This document shows positions 33,698-37,502 of a stretch of 37,502 bases of DNA, one piece after another. Made by a program: the position numbers and the translations under genes. Under the pieces are notes generated by a model. The model ran no database searches and was not told the DNA's origin. It saw only the letters and a program-made list of their open reading frames with translations. The stretch's first letter is position 1. Each line of letters opens with the position of its first letter. The stretch is from Alphaproteobacteria bacterium (GTDB taxonomy: Bacteria > Pseudomonadota > Alphaproteobacteria > SMXP01), in NCBI GenBank assembly GCA_021774995.1, contig JAJFIM010000064.1, positions 1 through 37,502 of the forward strand, written 5' to 3'.

Positions 33698-35008
33698 TTA
33701 TAGCTCTGCACTGGCGAGGACAACGCCGCCTGCACCTCTTTGGATGTGGAAACGTCCGGATGTAAGACCGGAAAATAAAGCGATGTCAGCGCGTCCATTA
33801 TTGGCGTTATTTTCGTGAATAGTGCCGATATTGGCGGCGCTTTGTGTGAAGTCTGCTGTGTAGCCATCCGTGAAAGCCAGCGCGGCATCAAGCTCATAGG
33901 ATGGTGCGGCTCTCATATTGGGGTGATTGAACACCACTTGCATATTGCTGGCGGAATTGGCCACAGCCACAAGTCCGGTGACAGGCCGCAAATACCTCGA
34001 AACCAGCTTTTCTTCCAGTGACACAGGCCGTACCATAAAGGGGCGTTTTGCGGTGCCGATGGAAAGCTGCTCCTGTCCGAGATACGTATCCTTCGTGGTG
34101 ATCGCGCCGCAATCAACCTTGACCTCAATCTCAATCCCGTTGCGGCAATCGCCCATATCGGCAATGGCCAGATCGATATCTGAATTGCTGTCATTGGCCA
34201 CAGATATCGTTCCCGTGGCTATCTGAGTGGTGGTCGTAAAATCATCCAGCGCATCGGCTTTGCGCACAGTGATAATGAAATCAACATTGGCACCGTGATC
34301 GTGATAAACCCGCGCGGAATAATAAGCAGCGGCGTTGTAAAATTTCCATGCATCTTTGGTCTCAATCCGGCGGCGAAACAGGATGGCTCCGGCTCCGGTG
34401 AGTGTGGCGTTTTCAACGAATGTCGCGTGCCCGCTCTCGCTCAAAGTAAAAGAGGATGTCACCCGTTTGATTGTGCCTGCCGTAACCGCTCCTTCGGCCT
34501 TAACCGAAAGCAGATCAATGGGGGCTTTATCCCAACTCGTGCCCAGCGTTTGATCTCCGCGATGGGAGACACGTCCACAGCCATTGATAATGGCATTTTC
34601 CAATCCGTGCAGGGGAATATCGTTGATGTCACCGTAATTGCCACTGGTCGCCACCGTTGCTAAATCACCTGGCTGAGTTGCTGTATCAGCTTTTGTGCCT
34701 TGCGCAGCAGTAGCAAAGTCGGCTGTTTCATTATAGGCTGCGCTGCCGACATCGGCGGGTTGTAGAGCCGTGTCTGCCAGCGCCCCTTGTGCTGCCGTAG
34801 CAAAATCCCCGACATTGGATGCCGCCGCCGTTCCCGCATCGACAATATCGGCCAAAACATGCGTATGCACCGCATCGGCTAGCCCATTTCTGATATCATC
34901 CGGTGTGGCGCGGCGTGTGGCTCCACCTTGCACGATGGGAATGTCTTCATCACCAACTAAAGGCGTGACAGCCGAGGGCAGCTCGGAGATTTTTTTGGTT
35001 GTAGTCAT
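33698..35008 (-). CDS. Phage tail fibre protein
   Basis: The N-terminal ISELPSAVTPLVGDEDIPIVQGG is typical of tail fibres. The repeated motif is DFATAAQG(A/T)(L/K)ADTA(L/T)QP. It lies between the host-specificity gene and the tailspike gene. Confidence 0.7.
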   Translation of the reverse strand: MTTTKKISELPSAVTPLVGDEDIPIVQGGATRRATPDDIRNGLADAVHTHVLADIVDAGTAAASNVGDFATAAQGALADTALQPADVGSAAYNETADFATAAQGTKADTATQPGDLATVATSGNYGDINDIPLHGLENAIINGCGRVSHRGDQTLGTSWDKAPIDLLSVKAEGAVTAGTIKRVTSSFTLSESGHATFVENATLTGAGAILFRRRIETKDAWKFYNAAAYYSARVYHDHGANVDFIITVRKADALDDFTTTTQIATGTISVANDSNSDIDLAIADMGDCRNGIEIEVKVDCGAITTKDTYLGQEQLSIGTAKRPFMVRPVSLEEKLVSRYLRPVTGLVAVANSASNMQVVFNHPNMRAAPSYELDAALAFTDGYTADFTQSAANIGTIHENNANNGRADIALFSGLTSGRFHIQRGAGGVVLASAEL

Positions 35009-35029
35009 GGTGTTTCCTTTTCTTTGGAT

Positions 35030-36844
35030 TTATTCAAGGACGAGAACAACGGTCTGGTTTCCGGTGGTGGTGGCCTGGACTGGCCCTGCAAAACTGGATT
35101 TGTTGCCGTAGCGATCGACGGCGCGTAGCCAGTAATAGCGAACCTCGTTTCCGGCCAGAAGATTGCGGGTAAACGAATTGTCGTAAACTTCTAAAATACG
35201 GGCGGCATCGATTTCCGGCGTGGGCGTATCAGTGGTTTTTTCAAAGATCTCGACATAACGAAAATCACTCTCCGTAATGGCATCCCAGCTAATCGTAATA
35301 AAATCATCACCAGCGGTGGCCGTAACATTATTCGGCTCATGCGGCGGTACGGACTGATTATTTGGCACCACGACTTGCGGGGCATCGCCGATAGATTTCA
35401 AATCAGATTGCACGAAAGCATAAACACTGGATCCGTCTTCCTCGAAAGTAAGGTCTACGCCCATATCCTCAACCATCTGCCAATTGCTAATTCGGCACGG
35501 CAGACCGTTAATCCCAAAGCGCGGCAGATCGACAGCGATTGTGTTGCCTGCCGCGACCTGAAACCCGGCCAGATTGGCGGGGTATTGAATCTGGCGTTGT
35601 CTGCGCACTTGCTCCAGCGCAATTTTGGCAATGCGCTGCGCCATGGTGTGTGAAGTCGTGAACGAAAAATCCAGCGTTGAGAAAATCTCCTCGCCTTTGT
35701 CCTCCGTCACGTAAACAACAGAGGTCACGGCGGGGTAATCCGTGGATTGCCAGTTATGCGTTGGTGAAACGAACGCGCCTTTCACGCCGTTAAAGAGCTG
35801 CCGTTTAGAACGGTGCGGACGCATAATCACGGCATCACGCAGGAAGCTCTCGTCAAAGGTTTTAAGCGGCGGGCTATAAGCTCCGACTTGAAGATGCCAT
35901 TTCCCGCCCGTATGAACCAAAAACCCAGCGCAGGATCCCAGCATATTCTCCAAAATATCACGTGGATTATCGGTCAGATCGACAACGCCGTTGCAGGTGT
36001 AGCGCTTTTCTGTGCCGTCCAGCGTTGCTACCACTTCATCACAGATATTAGCGGCGGCAATGAAAGAGTTTACATCCACTTCATCAATACTGGCTCCCAG
36101 CCCTATGTCGGAAATCAGATAATCCAGAACACATAAAGCCGCGTTATCCGACCAAACCGTAAGGGTTGTGCGCGGATCATAAACCTTGCGCCCTTTTACA
36201 ATTGCCGAGATATTCGGTGTGCCGCCAGCATAGGCTTTTTCATCATAGCGCAGCTGCGTATGGATATAAGCCAGATCCCGCAAGCGGTGCGCCGCCGTCC
36301 ACTGCCCACCGGAATTATCAATCAATACCTGGTCGGCGCTCTGGTCAACATCTCCCAGATGTTTATAGATGCTGGCATAAACCGTGCTGTCTCGTTTGTA
36401 AGGCTCGGCGGTGGCATCGCCGTTCCCATCCAGCGCCACAACCTCGTCATTAAAGAGAATATCACCGATGGATTCAACTTCATGTGCCGCCAGCACAATC
36501 ACCCAATGCAGCATATCCAGCTTGGTATCGCTCGCGCTGACGGGGCGGCTGTGCGTAAACACAAGCGGACCGGAAACACGTACTTCGCCATAGATAATGC
36601 GGTGCGCCGTAATCGGCTGGTTGACCATTTCCGTACGGCCACGGCTTCCATTGGCAATCGAAGTGACGGACGGTGCGGCAAATTTTGGTTGCTTGGGCTT
36701 GGGCGCAAAAAGCGGAGCCGTGAATGACACCACAGCAGAGCCGACCACGCCCCCAACAATCGCGCCGATAATGCCGCCGCCGACAACGCCGCTGACAAAA
36801 TTGGATGCCACCGCGCCAAGGACAACAGGAATAACCTGGGGCAT
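35030..36844 (-). CDS. Phage host-specificity / central tail protein (RcGTA g15-like, Phage-tail_3 domain, C-terminal FN3-like)
   Basis: Gly-rich hydrophobic N-terminus MPQVIPVVLGAVASNFVSGVVGGGIIGAIVGG. The conserved core is RIIYGEVRVSGPLVF...AHRLRDLAY. The start overlaps the g14-like stop (TAATG). Confidence 0.8.
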   Translation of the reverse strand: MPQVIPVVLGAVASNFVSGVVGGGIIGAIVGGVVGSAVVSFTAPLFAPKPKQPKFAAPSVTSIANGSRGRTEMVNQPITAHRIIYGEVRVSGPLVFTHSRPVSASDTKLDMLHWVIVLAAHEVESIGDILFNDEVVALDGNGDATAEPYKRDSTVYASIYKHLGDVDQSADQVLIDNSGGQWTAAHRLRDLAYIHTQLRYDEKAYAGGTPNISAIVKGRKVYDPRTTLTVWSDNAALCVLDYLISDIGLGASIDEVDVNSFIAAANICDEVVATLDGTEKRYTCNGVVDLTDNPRDILENMLGSCAGFLVHTGGKWHLQVGAYSPPLKTFDESFLRDAVIMRPHRSKRQLFNGVKGAFVSPTHNWQSTDYPAVTSVVYVTEDKGEEIFSTLDFSFTTSHTMAQRIAKIALEQVRRQRQIQYPANLAGFQVAAGNTIAVDLPRFGINGLPCRISNWQMVEDMGVDLTFEEDGSSVYAFVQSDLKSIGDAPQVVVPNNQSVPPHEPNNVTATAGDDFITISWDAITESDFRYVEIFEKTTDTPTPEIDAARILEVYDNSFTRNLLAGNEVRYYWLRAVDRYGNKSSFAGPVQATTTGNQTVVLVLE

Positions 36845-37266
36845 TATCCAATCCTCCATGCGCGAACAGCTTGAAGAACGGGAAACCCCAGAAGACCGTC
36901 TTGCCCCGGCGCAAAGATATGCTCTCCGGCCACAATGCCCAGCGTATCGCCGCGCCCAATATCAAACAGACAAACATCCCCGCGCTGCGCAGTAAGTGAT
37001 GGTATTTCAGGGATTCCGTTCTTTTTGGCTATGGCTTCAGCGATCCCAGCCACGCCTCCATATTTCTTGAGCAAGCGCAGAGCTTCCGCTTTGGTTTTGT
37101 AGCTTCGGTAATCGCCAGCAAGATCAACGCCCGTCATGATCTCTACGCAATGGGCGGCGAAGAGACAGCAATCATTTTTACCCCATACAAAGGGCTGTTT
37201 TCGCGCAGCATCAATCTTTCCGGCCAGAAGCTCCGGCCAGTTTGGTAGTCGTTTAATCTCTGCCAT
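36844..37266 (-). CDS. Phage cell-wall peptidase-like protein (RcGTA g14-like, NlpC/P60-related)
   Basis: PFVWGKNDCCLFAAHCVEIMTG...GDVCLF matches the g14-like family pattern (W.G..DC..F.A...). It sits in conserved synteny between the g13-like and g15-like genes. Confidence 0.7.
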   Translation of the reverse strand: MAEIKRLPNWPELLAGKIDAARKQPFVWGKNDCCLFAAHCVEIMTGVDLAGDYRSYKTKAEALRLLKKYGGVAGIAEAIAKKNGIPEIPSLTAQRGDVCLFDIGRGDTLGIVAGEHIFAPGQDGLLGFPVLQAVRAWRIG

Positions 37267-37269
37267 GAT

Positions 37270-37502
37270 TTACTCCGGTGCTCTGCCCCAGACGATTTGT
37301 TTGTCTTGCATGCTCGGCACGTATTCCAAGCCTTTATCGCCGGGGAAGCGGGATTGTTGATCTGCGTCTGTGTAGCGTTTCGTGCGCGGACGCTCTAAAT
37401 CGCGCAAGCGGCTTTCGGCGGTGAGCGTTACTGTGGCTGTCTCGCCGTCATCCAGAATTTCTACCGTGTCCATGCGCCCGTCAAAGATCAGCACCGGATC
37501 CA
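37270..37502 (-). CDS. C-terminal part of a DUF2163 (BR0599/RcGTA g13-like) distal tail protein; N-terminus beyond the window
   Basis: The frame stays open to the window end (..DPVLIFDGRMDTVEILDDGETATVTLTAESRLRDLERPRTKRYTDADQQ). Position and sequence fit the g13-like family. Confidence 0.65.
   Translation of the reverse strand, partial: DPVLIFDGRMDTVEILDDGETATVTLTAESRLRDLERPRTKRYTDADQQSRFPGDKGLEYVPSMQDKQIVWGRAPE

Noticed and set aside
36166-36995. Several ORFs on both strands overlapping the host-specificity gene
   Set aside because: These are shadow ORFs in a GC-rich phage gene, with low-complexity R/P/A-rich products.
1-37502. CRISPR arrays, rRNA or tRNA genes, long tandem repeats
   Set aside because: Reading through the intergenic regions (2518-2861, 3441-4063, 8131-8219, 8796-8917, 12302-13178, 28487-28571, 29858-29982), I saw no regularly spaced direct repeats and no cloverleaf or rRNA-like sequence. 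This by-eye screen cannot exclude short or degenerate elements.

Overview
This is a mosaic accessory region. It averages roughly 45% GC, with local swings from about 25% to about 75%. It looks like mobile-element cargo or a defence island next to the tail and lysis end of an alphaproteobacterial-type siphophage or GTA-like prophage. All family assignments come from motif recognition by eye; no searches were run.

Left to right, the window contains:
- a partial IS1595-family (IS1016-like) element that has truncated a DUF2924 gene
- a tightly overlapped hypothetical/DUF488/AlkB-like cassette
- an intact DUF2924 gene
- an orphan AbiEi antitoxin followed by only about 16 codons of its AbiEii toxin
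- hipBA
- SWIM, small, metallophosphoesterase and HTH genes
- an operon of a large serine recombinase plus two ParB-fold proteins
- a GC-rich, hairpin-dense tract of about 340 nt with no credible ORF
- a small basic protein

The main item is a translationally coupled + strand operon at 13.2-28.5 kb. It encodes a small HTH protein and a 1726-aa DEAD/DEAH helicase fused to a DUF1998 Zn domain (DrmA+DrmB-like or DruE-like). These are followed by an SNF2 helicase (DrmD-like), a 1484-aa N6-adenine methyltransferase (DrmMI-like), a Rad50/SbcC-like coiled-coil ATPase with a CPVC zinc hook, and an HNH nuclease. This is a DISARM class 1-like core that lacks the PLD nuclease and carries an ATPase+HNH pair in its place. 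I consider this the best candidate for an undescribed system variant.

A DUF4268/PD-(D/E)xK gene follows the operon. The right third (29.6-37.5 kb, minus strand) is a phage module: RcGTA g13/g14/g15-like genes, tail fibre, beta-helix tailspike, and a lysis cassette with overlapped spanins. I found no rRNA, tRNA or CRISPR array.
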